From an uncultured bacterium (GTDB taxonomy: Bacteria > Bacillota > Clostridia > TANB77 > CAG-508), in NCBI GenBank assembly GCA_905215615.1, contig CAJMQM010000001.1, positions 1-42,615 on the forward strand: a stretch of DNA of 42,615 nucleotides. The letters are read 5' to 3'. The notes beneath the pieces were generated by a model. The model searched no databases. It was not told where the DNA came from and was given only the letters and a program-made list of their open reading frames with translations. The first letter of the stretch is position 1. Each line of letters begins with the position of its first letter. Positions 9,123 to 17,484 of the stretch are shown here, piece after piece. Both the position numbers and the translations under genes were made by a program.

Positions 9123-9611
9123 ATGGATTATACAGAAATAAAAAGCTTAATGAAGGACATGGAAAGTTCTAATTTAGATTCATTAGAAATAGAACTTCCA
9201 GAGGGAACTAAAGTAAAAATGAGAAAAAGTCCTATAGTATATGCTGGTATGAATTATGATTTAATGGAAAATTCAGCTTCACAAGGAAATAAATATGAAC
9301 AAGTTTCAAATAATGAGAGTACACTTAATAACGAAAAAGAAGAAAAGGTATTAGAAAATAATACAAAAGAAGAAAACTATAAAACTGTAAAATCACCAAT
9401 GGTAGGAACTTTTTATACAAAATCTTCTCCAACTGCAGAACCTTTTGTAAAAGTTGGAGATAAAGTAAAAAAAGGAGATATACTTTGCATTATAGAAGCT
9501 ATGAAATTAATGAACGAAATAGAAAGCGATATAGACGGAGAAATAGCAGAAATATGCTATAAAGATGAAGATTTAGTTGAATATGGAAGTGTTCTATTTA
9601 AAATTATTTAA
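9123..9611 (+). CDS. accB: Biotin carboxyl carrier protein of acetyl-CoA carboxylase
   Basis: Biotinylation motif EAMKLMNEIE with the flanking SPMVGTFY and a Glu/Asn-rich linker. Confidence 0.95.
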   Translation: MDYTEIKSLMKDMESSNLDSLEIELPEGTKVKMRKSPIVYAGMNYDLMENSASQGNKYEQVSNNESTLNNEKEEKVLENNTKEENYKTVKSPMVGTFYTKSSPTAEPFVKVGDKVKKGDILCIIEAMKLMNEIESDIDGEIAEICYKDEDLVEYGSVLFKII

Positions 9612-9634
9612 TTAAAAGATTGGAGTTAAATTAA

Positions 9635-10057
9635 ATGTTAGATATAAATGAAATTATGAAGATAATTCCCCAAAGACCACCAATTTTAATGATAGATAGA
9701 GTAGAAGAACTTGTTTCTGGGGAAAGCTGCGTTGCATATAAAAATGTATGTATAAATGAGCCATATTTTGAGGGACATTTTCCAGGAAACCCAATTATGC
9801 CTGGAGTACTTATAGTAGAAGCACTAGCACAAACTGGTGCAGTTGCTATTCTTTCAAAAGAAGAAAACAAGGGAAGAAATGCTTTATTTGGTGGAATTGA
9901 TAAATTACGTTTTAAAAAGCCTGTATTACCAGGGGATGTATTAAAACTAGAAGTAAAAATTATAAAGCAAAAAGGACCAATAGGAGTAGGAGAAGCGGTA
10001 GCAACAGTAGATGGAAAAGTTGCTGCAAAGGGAGAGCTAACATTTGCTATTGTTTAA
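9635..10057 (+). CDS. fabZ: 3-hydroxyacyl-ACP dehydratase
   Basis: PHRPP-like [35 protein letters not shown] hot-dog active-site motif. 140 aa. Confidence 0.95.
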   Translation: MLDINEIMKIIPQRPPILMIDRVEELVSGESCVAYKNVCINEPYFEGHFPGNPIMPGVLIVEALAQTGAVAILSKEENKGRNALFGGIDKLRFKKPVLPGDVLKLEVKIIKQKGPIGVGEAVATVDGKVAAKGELTFAIV

Positions 10058-10183
10058 TAAAGGGTATATTTAATAAAAGTAGCCAGAATAAAATGTTACA
10101 TTATAAAACAATTAAATATTTTATTATAAACTATAGGGAATATTTGATTATATAAAAATATTTTTGTAAAAACGAAGCAATTG

Positions 10184-10219
10184 TAAAAAAAGAAGTCTGG
10201 GAGGCAATGCCTCCCAGAC
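10184..10219 (-). terminator. GC-rich intrinsic terminator of the antisense 111-aa gene
   Basis: Perfect 11-bp stem, GTCTGGGAGGC (10195-10205) with GCCTCCCAGAC (10209-10219), and an AAT loop. On the minus strand it is followed by a T7 run (complement of 10185-10191). It lies 15 nt after the stop at 10235-10237. Confidence 0.8.
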
Positions 10220-10234
10220 CATGAGAATATTGAG

Positions 10235-10570
10235 TTAGAAAAATCTCCAAGCGTTAAAGCCCTTATCAAGGTTAGGTTTTGCAGGGACATGGTAGCCCAA
10301 GTTATCCATAACTTGCTTTAGGAGACGGTGACTGTAATTGTTTTTTAGGCTAATGACAGCCAGGTTAGGAAGCTCATCATAAAATGAGAACTCCCGGCAA
10401 AGCTCCGTTACAAGTGCCAAACGGGTGGGACACTCTTGATATCTTCCGCTTAGAACTCCAAGCCGGTAGAAGCAAGAGGTGTCAGCTTCAATGGTTGCCT
10501 TAATATGCCTTTTAAATTTGGAAGCGTCCTGCTTTCCAAGTTCGTAGTAAAAATTGGCAACATCGGTCAT
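10235..10570 (-). CDS. Hypothetical 111-aa cytoplasmic protein with foreign codon usage (MTDVANFYYELGKQDASKFKRHIKATIEADTSCFYRLGV...NAWRFF). Family not recognised.
   Basis: ATG at 10568-10570 (minus) lies 8 nt after a GGGAG SD (complement of 10579-10583). It has its own promoter and terminator. About 45% of codons end in G/C (CGG, CTG, CCC, GGC, GTC, CTC all present), unlike neighbouring genes. The upstream part of the 175-aa track ORF is Leu-rich antisense of accC and was discarded. Confidence 0.6.
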   Translation of the reverse strand: MTDVANFYYELGKQDASKFKRHIKATIEADTSCFYRLGVLSGRYQECPTRLALVTELCREFSFYDELPNLAVISLKNNYSHRLLKQVMDNLGYHVPAKPNLDKGFNAWRFF

Positions 10571-10601
10571 AATAATTACTCCCTTCAAGATTAGTAGTAA
10601 T

Positions 10602-10630
10602 ATTTTAACACAAAATATCAATAATAACAA
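10602..10630 (-). promoter_or_regulatory. Predicted sigma-A promoter for the antisense 111-aa gene
   Basis: On the minus strand: TTGTTA (complement of 10625-10630), a 17-nt spacer, then TGTGTTAAAAT as an extended -10 (complement of 10602-10612). The -35 element abuts the accC Shine-Dalgarno. Confidence 0.5.
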
Positions 10631-10644
10631 GGAGATTGTTAAAT

Positions 10645-11991
10645 ATGTTAAAAAAAGTTTTAGTGGCAAATAGAGGAGAAGTAGCAGTAAGAATAATAAG
10701 AGCATGTAGAGAATTAGGGATTCAGTCTGTTGCAGTATACTCAGAAGCAGATAAAGATGCACTACATGTAAAACTTGCAGATGAAGCAGTATGTATAGGA
10801 CCTGCTAAGTCAAGCAAAAGTTATTTAAACATAAAAAACATAATAGAAACAGCATGTTTAACTGGATGTGATAGTATACATCCGGGATTTGGATTTTTAT
10901 CTGAAAATAGTCACTTTGCAAAAATATGTGACGAAATAGGTATAAAGTTTATAGGACCATCTTATAAGATGATAGAACTTATGGGAAACAAGTCAAAAGC
11001 AAAAGAAACAATGAAAAATGCAGGAGTACCTGTAGTTCCAGGCTCAGAAGGTGTGGTAAATAATATATCAGAGGCTTTGAAAATTGCAGAAGAAATAGGT
11101 TACCCAGTTATATTAAAAGCATCTGCTGGTGGCGGAGGAAAAGGAATAAGAGTAGCATATTCAGAAAAAGAACTTATTAAGGAATATGACTTAGTAAAAC
11201 AGGAAGCTAAAAATTCTTTTAATGATGATAGTATTTACATAGAAAAATTTATAGAAAATCCACGTCATGTAGAAATACAAATATTAGCAGACGAATTTGG
11301 AAATGCAGTTTATTTAGGTGAAAGAGACTGTTCTATACAAAGAAGACACCAAAAGGTACTAGAAGAAAGCCCTTCAATGGCAATTAGCGAAAAAATAAGA
11401 AAGAAAATGGGAGAAACAGTTGTAAAAGCTGTAAAAGAAGTAGGGTACAGCAATGCTGGAACTATAGAATTTTTGGTAGACAAAAATAAAAATTATTATT
11501 TTATGGAAATGAATACAAGATTACAAGTAGAACATCCTGTAACTGAATTTATAACAGGAATAGATATAGTTAAAGAACAAATAAGAATTGCTAGTGGAGA
11601 AAAATTAGCTTTTGGACAAAAAGATATTACATTTACAGGTCACTCTATGGAGTGCAGAGTAAATGCAGAAAATCCAGAAAAGAACTTTATGCCATGTCCA
11701 GGAAAAATTACGGGCTTACATTTGCCAGGAGGAAATGGAATAAGAGTAGATACAGCAATTTATGCAGATTATAATATTCCAGCATGCTATGACTCTATGA
11801 TAGCAAAGGTTATAGTACATGGAGATAATAGAAATGAGTGCATTGCAAAAATGAAAAGTGCCTTAGGAGAGTTTATTGTAGATGGAATTGTTACAAATAT
11901 AGACTTTTTATATAAAATTCTAGAAAATGAAGATTTTATAAATAATAATTATGATACATCTTTTATAGAAAAAAACTTAAGTAATCTATAA
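10645..11991 (+). CDS. accC: Acetyl-CoA carboxylase, biotin carboxylase subunit
   Basis: KVLVANRGEVAVRIIRAC start. ATP-grasp glycine loop ASAGGGGKGIR, EMNTRLQVEHPVTE, and the C-terminal ECRVNAE motif. ATG at 10645 after AAGGAG. Confidence 0.95.
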   Translation: MLKKVLVANRGEVAVRIIRACRELGIQSVAVYSEADKDALHVKLADEAVCIGPAKSSKSYLNIKNIIETACLTGCDSIHPGFGFLSENSHFAKICDEIGIKFIGPSYKMIELMGNKSKAKETMKNAGVPVVPGSEGVVNNISEALKIAEEIGYPVILKASAGGGGKGIRVAYSEKELIKEYDLVKQEAKNSFNDDSIYIEKFIENPRHVEIQILADEFGNAVYLGERDCSIQRRHQKVLEESPSMAISEKIRKKMGETVVKAVKEVGYSNAGTIEFLVDKNKNYYFMEMNTRLQVEHPVTEFITGIDIVKEQIRIASGEKLAFGQKDITFTGHSMECRVNAENPEKNFMPCPGKITGLHLPGGNGIRVDTAIYADYNIPACYDSMIAKVIVHGDNRNECIAKMKSALGEFIVDGIVTNIDFLYKILENEDFINNNYDTSFIEKNLSNL

Positions 11992-12007
11992 AAAGTAGGA
12001 GAGTTAT

Positions 12008-12877
12008 ATGGTTATAGATAAAATTAAAAAGATAAATAAAGTAGATGAGGAACAAGAAAAAAATGTTAAAGCATCTGACATGTTAGTTGGAAAATGGGTA
12101 AAATGCGATAATTGCAAAGAAATACTTTATAAGGAAGAAGTACATAATAATTTAAGTGTATGCCCAAACTGTGGCAAACATTTCAGAATTTCAGCAAGAA
12201 GAAGGATTAACCAAATAATAGATGAAGGAACATTTATAGAAACTAATGAAAATATGACAACAAAAAATCCTCTTAATTTTGAAGGTTATGAGAAAAAAAC
12301 AGAATCACTTAGAGAAAAAACACAAATTAATGAGGCTGTAAAAACAGGGTTTGGCAAAATAAATGGAGAAGATGTAGTTATAGCAGTAATGGATGGAAAT
12401 TTTATGATGGGAAGCATGGGAAGTGTTGTTGGAGAAAAAATAACTTGTGCTATAGAAGATGCTATAGAAAAAAGTTTGCCAATTATTATATTTTGCGTAT
12501 CAGGTGGTGCTAGGATGCAAGAAGGACTAATTTCTCTTATGCAAATGGCAAAAACTTCTGAAGCACTTGCAAAATTAAATGAAGCAGGACTTCTTTACAT
12601 ATCTGTATTAACAGACCCAACTACTGGTGGAGTTACAGCAAGTTTTGCTAGTTTAGGAGATATTATTTTGGCAGAGCCAAATGCGCTAATTGGTTTTGCT
12701 GGACCAAGAGTAATAGAGCAAACAGTAAAACAAAAACTTCCAGATGGATTTCAAAGGTCGGAATTCTTGTTAGAACATGGCTTTATAGATAAAATTGTAG
12801 AAAGAAAAGACATGAAAGAAACACTATATAAAATAGTTAAACTCCACAAAAAGGAGGCAGATGAAAATGCAGAATAG
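12008..12877 (+). CDS. accD: Acetyl-CoA carboxylase, carboxyltransferase beta subunit
   Basis: N-terminal Cys4 zinc ribbon CDNC...[15 protein letters not shown]. Carboxyltransferase segments SGGARMQEG and [11 protein letters not shown]. Confidence 0.95.
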   Translation: MVIDKIKKINKVDEEQEKNVKASDMLVGKWVKCDNCKEILYKEEVHNNLSVCPNCGKHFRISARRRINQIIDEGTFIETNENMTTKNPLNFEGYEKKTESLREKTQINEAVKTGFGKINGEDVVIAVMDGNFMMGSMGSVVGEKITCAIEDAIEKSLPIIIFCVSGGARMQEGLISLMQMAKTSEALAKLNEAGLLYISVLTDPTTGGVTASFASLGDIILAEPNALIGFAGPRVIEQTVKQKLPDGFQRSEFLLEHGFIDKIVERKDMKETLYKIVKLHKKEADENAE

Positions 12878-13670
12878 TTTAAAAGCATGGGACAGGGTAC
12901 TAATTGCAAGAAAAGCAGATAGACCTAAATCATTAGATTATATTGAATATATATTTGACGACTTTATGGAATTACATGGAGATAGATTATATGGTGATGA
13001 TAAATCAATTGTAGGTGGAATAGCATATTTAGATGGCGTTCCTGTAACAGTTATAGGGGAACAAAAGGGAAAGACCACTAAAGAAAATATGGAAAGAAAT
13101 TTTGGTATGCCAGAGCCAGAAGGGTATAGAAAAGCACTAAGATTAATGAAACAGGCTGATAAATTTGGAAGACCAATAATAACTTTTATAGATACTCCAG
13201 GAGCATACCCTGGCATGGGAGCAGAAGAAAGAGGTCAGGGAGAAGCAATAGCAAGAAGCATGATGGAAATGTCTAGGCTAAAAGTTCCAATTGTATCAGT
13301 AGTTATAGGGGAAGGCTCTAGTGGTGGTGCTTTAGCTATATGTGTTGCAGATAAAATAATAATGTTAGAAAATGCGGTATATAGCATACTTTCTCCAGAA
13401 GGTTTTGCAAGCATATTATACAAAGACTCTAGCAAAAGCAAAGAAGCTGCTGAACATATGAAAATTACATCATATGACTTAAAAAAATTACAAATTATAG
13501 ATGATATAATAAAAGAACCTAAAGAAGGTGCTCAAGAGGACTTTGAGAAAGTTGCAAAGGATTTAAAAAAATTAATTTGTAAATATATTAAACAATTAAG
13601 TAAAGAAAATGCTGACAACATGATAGAAGAAAGATATAATAAATATAGAAAAATAGGAAAAGATTTATAA
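12867..13670 (+). CDS. accA: Acetyl-CoA carboxylase, carboxyltransferase alpha subunit
   Basis: [27 protein letters not shown] motifs. ATG at 12867 is 9 nt after GGAGG; the ORF opens at 12861. It overlaps the accD 3' end. Confidence 0.95.
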   Translation: MQNSLKAWDRVLIARKADRPKSLDYIEYIFDDFMELHGDRLYGDDKSIVGGIAYLDGVPVTVIGEQKGKTTKENMERNFGMPEPEGYRKALRLMKQADKFGRPIITFIDTPGAYPGMGAEERGQGEAIARSMMEMSRLKVPIVSVVIGEGSSGGALAICVADKIIMLENAVYSILSPEGFASILYKDSSKSKEAAEHMKITSYDLKKLQIIDDIIKEPKEGAQEDFEKVAKDLKKLICKYIKQLSKENADNMIEERYNKYRKIGKDL

Positions 13671-13776
13671 GCTAGTAGAATATTAAGAAATTAAAAACTA
13701 GTTGTATAACTTATATAGTTTAGAAAATATTGTAAAGATTTCATAAAAAATAATTAAAAGAAAGGTGGACAAAAAA

Positions 13777-14547
13777 ATGTTATTAGAAGGAAAAACAATA
13801 TTAATTATGGGAATTAGAAATAAGTGGAGCATTGCTTGGGGAGCTGCAATGTCTGCTTATGAAAATGGGGCAAAAGTAATTTTTACACATCATCCTACAG
13901 AAAAAGAAGATAAAATATTAGACTTAATTTCAGAAATACCAGGGGCAAAATCATACCCATGTGATGTAGCAAGTGATGAAGAAATACAAAAATGTTTTGA
14001 AAAAATAAAAGAAGATGTGGGAAAAGTTGACGGTATATTACATAGTATAGCACATGCAAATACAGAAGATTTAAGAAATGATTTTATAAAAACATCTAGA
14101 GAAGGCTTTAACCATGCAGGAGACGTCAGTGCATATTCTTTAGTAGCAATTTCTAGAATTGCAAAAGAATTAGATATGTTAGGAGAAGGTGCAAGTATAG
14201 TTGCATTAACATATTGGGGTTCAGAAAAATCTGTAGAAGGCTATAATGTTATGGGAGTGGCAAAAGCAGCATTAGAAGCAAGTATACGTTACTTAGCAAA
14301 AGATTTAGGAAAAGACAAAATGCGTATTAATGCAATTTCAGCAGGTCCAATAAAAACTTTATCTGCAAAAGGTATAAAAGACTTTGGAAGCATATTAGAT
14401 GTAGTAGAAGAAAAAGCACCATTACATCAAAATGTAACAACTAAACAGGTTGGAGATACAGCATCATTTTTATTTAGCGATATGTCATCAGCAATTACAG
14501 GAGAAGTAATACATGTAGACAATGGATTTTCAACAGTTGGTGTATAA
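13777..14547 (+). CDS. fabI: Enoyl-ACP reductase (NADH), FabI type
   Basis: LEGKTILIMGIRNKWSIAWG N-terminus, Y...MGVAKAALE (Tyr/Lys catalytic pair), SAGPIKTLSA. ATG at 13777 after AAAGGTGG. Confidence 0.9.
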   Translation: MLLEGKTILIMGIRNKWSIAWGAAMSAYENGAKVIFTHHPTEKEDKILDLISEIPGAKSYPCDVASDEEIQKCFEKIKEDVGKVDGILHSIAHANTEDLRNDFIKTSREGFNHAGDVSAYSLVAISRIAKELDMLGEGASIVALTYWGSEKSVEGYNVMGVAKAALEASIRYLAKDLGKDKMRINAISAGPIKTLSAKGIKDFGSILDVVEEKAPLHQNVTTKQVGDTASFLFSDMSSAITGEVIHVDNGFSTVGV

Positions 14548-14609
14548 AAAGTTAAAATAATTTGCTTGAATTATATTTCGTGATGTGAATTAAATTACTT
14601 TAATAGAGA

Positions 14610-14647
14610 AATAGATTTATTACTTATTTAATAAGTCTATTTTTTTA
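14610..14647 (+). terminator. A/T-rich intrinsic terminator after fabI
   Basis: AATAGATTTATT (14610-14621) pairs with AATAAGTCTATT (14630-14641) with one G-T wobble, followed by a T run to 14647. Confidence 0.5.
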
Positions 14648-14738
14648 TTAATTATAAAATATTTTATAAGAATAAGGCATATATATTGAAAGCAAATTAT
14701 AAAATAAATTATTAAATTAAAAAAATTTAATAAAACTA

Positions 14739-14784
14739 TTGAAAAATTTTTTAGTTTAGTATATTATAATGATAATCATTATCA
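14739..14784 (+). promoter_or_regulatory. Promoter of the Fur-family gene, with a perfect Fur-type 7-1-7 operator
   Basis: TTGAAA (14739-14744), 17 nt, TATTAT (14762-14767). TGATAATCATTATCA at 14770-14784 is a perfect inverted repeat. The 19-mer at 14765-14783 matches the classical GATAATGATAATCATTATC at 18 of 19 positions. Confidence 0.7.
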
Positions 14785-14834
14785 GATTAACAACGTATTT
14801 AAAATAAATTAATGGTTATAATATAGGTGAAAAT

Positions 14835-15245
14835 ATGAAAAAATATAGCAAGCAAAGGGAGTTAATATTAAACTCTTTACGAAATAGAACAGACCATCCT
14901 ACAGCAGAAAAACTTTACTTGGATTTAAAAAACGAAATGCCAGAAATAGGAATTGCAACAGTATATAGAAACCTAGCTGAACTTTGCGAAGAAGGACAAA
15001 TAATAAAAATAAAAACAAGTACTGGTCCAGATAGGTTTGATGGAAATACAATGCCACATATACACTTCGAGTGTAAAAATTGTGGAGATATTATTGATGT
15101 AGTTTTATTTGAAAATCAAGTAAAGCAATTAGATAATGATTTTAAGAATTTTGCTAAACAAATAGGTGCAGAAGTAACAGGCTCTGAAATAACAATAACA
15201 GGTCTATGTAAAAACTGCAAAGCCAAATTGAAAGGAGGAAAATAA
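14835..15245 (+). CDS. Fur-family metalloregulator (PerR-like by gene context, Fur-like by operator)
   Basis: Winged-helix N-terminus with TVYRNL. HIHFECKNCG and the C-terminal CKNC form the structural Cys4 site. 136 aa. Confidence 0.85.
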   Translation: MKKYSKQRELILNSLRNRTDHPTAEKLYLDLKNEMPEIGIATVYRNLAELCEEGQIIKIKTSTGPDRFDGNTMPHIHFECKNCGDIIDVVLFENQVKQLDNDFKNFAKQIGAEVTGSEITITGLCKNCKAKLKGGK

Positions 15246-15246
15246 T

Positions 15247-15366
15247 ATGAAAAAATGGAGATGCAAAGTATGTGGTTATGAGGTAATAGCAGAAGAGCCA
15301 CCAGCAATTTGTCCAGTATGTGGAGTTCCAGCAGACGAATTCGAAGAAGTACCAATGGACGAATAA
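15247..15366 (+). CDS. 39-aa rubredoxin-like Cys4 mini-protein (not in the supplied ORF track)
   Basis: ATG at 15247, 1 nt after the regulator's stop and 9 nt after GGAGG. Translation is MKKWRCKVCGYEVIAEEPPAICPVCGVPADEFEEVPMDE, with two CxxCG knuckles. TAA at 15364-15366. Confidence 0.65.
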   Translation: MKKWRCKVCGYEVIAEEPPAICPVCGVPADEFEEVPMDE

Positions 15367-15433
15367 TTATGCAAAAATTAGAGTAAACATTTTATAAAAT
15401 ATAAAAATAATAATATAAATGGAGGAATTAAAT

Positions 15434-16012
15434 ATGAAAGCTTATGTTTGTAAAGTATGTGGTTATATACATTTTGGAGAGGAAGCACCAGAAAAATGCC
15501 CACAATGTGGAGCACCAAAGGAGCAATTTGAATTAAAAGAAGTAGATGTATCTGAAACAGAGAAAATATCAGGAGATACAAAAACTTATGCAGATGAACA
15601 TAGAATTGGTGTAGCACAAGGACTAGATGAAGAAGTTGTAAAAGGATTAAGAGACAACTTTATGGGAGAATCTACAGAAGTAGGTATGTACTTAGCTATG
15701 AGTCGCCAAGCAGATAGAGATGGTTACCCAGAAATAGCAGAAGCATTTAAAAGATATGCATTTGAAGAAGCAGAACATGCAGCAAAATTTGCTGAATTAT
15801 TAGGAGAATTAGTATATCCTGATACAAAGAAAAACTTAATGTTAAGAGCTGCTGCTGAACAAGGCGCATGTGAAGGAAAGAAAGAATTAGCTACTAGAGC
15901 TAAACAACTAAACTATGATGCAATACATGACACAGTACATGAAATGTGCAAAGACGAAGCAAGACATGGTAGAGGATTTGACGGATTATTAAAAAGATAT
16001 TTCGGAAACTAG
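15434..16012 (+). CDS. rbr: Reverse rubrerythrin (N-terminal rubredoxin-like domain, C-terminal diiron ferritin-like domain)
   Basis: N-terminal CKVCGY...CPQCGAP, then the four-helix-bundle ligand motifs EEAEHAAKF and [12 protein letters not shown] at 15434 after GGAGGAA. Confidence 0.85.
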   Translation: MKAYVCKVCGYIHFGEEAPEKCPQCGAPKEQFELKEVDVSETEKISGDTKTYADEHRIGVAQGLDEEVVKGLRDNFMGESTEVGMYLAMSRQADRDGYPEIAEAFKRYAFEEAEHAAKFAELLGELVYPDTKKNLMLRAAAEQGACEGKKELATRAKQLNYDAIHDTVHEMCKDEARHGRGFDGLLKRYFGN

Positions 16013-16034
16013 AAATCAGTAATTGCTTATTAAT

Positions 16035-16076
16035 ATACTCAAGTGCTTAATAAAACGCATTTGAGTATATTTTTTT
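16035..16076 (+). terminator. Intrinsic terminator after the rubrerythrin gene
   Basis: ATACTCAA (16035-16042) pairs with TTGAGTAT (16061-16068), followed by a T run at 16070-16076. Confidence 0.6.
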
Positions 16077-16341
16077 GTGTTTTAGGAAGAGTAAAAAGTA
16101 AAATACAGTTTAAAAAACTAAAAAGATTTGATTAAAAGAATTATTGACTTATAGATTTAAAAATGATATTATCGTTCTAGTAGTATAAAATAAGTAGAAC
16201 GAAATATTCTACAAAAATCGACAAAAAAGTAACAAAGGAGCATTTGAAAATGACAAAGGCTAAAACTCTTGCAGGAGTACACACACTTATAACTTTATAG
16301 AAATAAAAGAAGGTAGCAATACCTTTATTTGTAATATAGAA

Positions 16342-16376
16342 ATGACAGACTATTGTTAAAATAGGCTGTCATTTTT
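16342..16376 (+). terminator. Intrinsic terminator closing a short leader transcription unit upstream of the pilin-like gene
   Basis: ATGACAGACTATT (16342-16354) pairs with AATAGGCTGTCAT (16360-16372) with one mismatch. 5-nt loop, then TTTTT. Confidence 0.65.
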
Positions 16377-16442
16377 GGGTGTATGAGGAAAATTTTACAA
16401 GAGAAGTTCGGAAAACTGAGCTTAGGAAGGAGCATATAAATT

Positions 16443-17424
16443 ATGAAAAACAAAGGAGTAACACTAATGTCTTTAGTAGTAACAATTACAGTATTACTAA
16501 TATTAACAAGCATAACTCTAGCATCAGTGTTTGGAAAACGGAGGGATGATAGATAAATCACAGGAAACAGCCAATATAACAAATGGGCAGATAACAAATG
16601 ACCAAGAAGAATTAAATAGCTTGTATGAAGACTTAGAAGATGCAATGAATAAAATAGAAAGTGACGGAAGCTATAGTGAAGAAAAAGGAGTAAATACACC
16701 AGACTTAAGTGGCGGAAGATTAGCACCAATAAGATGGAACGGAGAAAAATGGGTAAGAGCAAAAACAGTAGATGAGTGGTATAGTTATACAAGTGAAGAT
16801 AAAAAGTGGGCAAATGCAGTAGTAGGTGCAAAATTTAATGCAGATGGAACATTAGATGAAACAAGTAAGTATAGTATGTTTGTGTGGATACCAAGATATG
16901 CATATAGTATAACAAGTAGGTATCATCAAAGCGGAACAGATATAAATAGTGCAAGTGCTGGATCAGATGTGGGAACAACAAATGATTATACAAGTACACA
17001 AGGAATAGAAGCAAGTACAACAGGAAATATATATGGAATATACGATATGAGCGGAGGAGCATGGGAAAAAGTAGCAGCATATGTAGACAATGGAAATAGC
17101 AATTTAACAAGTAATGGAAGTAGCTTGATAAATGGAGAAAGTTACACAAAAGATGTATATGCCATGGGAAGTACAGATACACACTTAGATAACTACACAG
17201 CGGCAGCAAGTAAATATGGCGATGCAGTATATGAGACGAGCAGTAAATCTAATGGAAACTATTCGTGGAATAGCGATTACACTTATTTTCCTTTCGATAC
17301 TCATCCATTCTTATTATGTGGAGGATATTATACAGGTGGTACAGGTGCTGGACTATTCTATTTTAGTAATGGTCACGGAGGTAGTGGTAATGCCACTTTC
17401 CGCCCAGTACTAGCACCAAATTAA
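16443..17424 (+). pseudogene. Frameshifted gene for a prepilin-like N-terminal helix fused to a formylglycine-generating-enzyme (FGE/SUMF1)-like domain
   Basis: Frame A (16443-16556) encodes MKNKGVTLMSLVVTITVLLILTSITLASVFGKRRDDR, then a stop. Frame B is open from 16522 to 17424. Removing one base in T3 (16530-16532) or A4 (16535-16538) gives a single 326-aa ORF. The C-terminal part carries GIYDMSGGAWEKV and GGYY...TFRPVLA, resembling the FGE-sulfatase motifs GxYDMxGNVWEW and RGGSW...GFR. Confidence 0.55.
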
Positions 17425-17441
17425 GTAAGGTTATTATTGGC

Positions 17442-17484
17442 AAAACTTCTATATGATACAAAAATATTATATAGAAGTTTTTTT
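17442..17484 (+). terminator. Intrinsic terminator after the pilin/FGE-like gene
   Basis: AAAACTTCTATAT (17442-17454) pairs with ATATAGAAGTTTT (17468-17480), followed by a T run. Confidence 0.7.

Noticed and set aside
10571-10762. N-terminal extension of the 175-aa track ORF (MHLYLLLSILQQTESLILYMLLLFLLLLLLYL...)
   Set aside because: This part is a Leu-rich, low-complexity antisense shadow of the accC 5' end and has host-like composition. The internal ATG at 10570 has a good SD and promoter, and it marks the point where the foreign codon usage begins.
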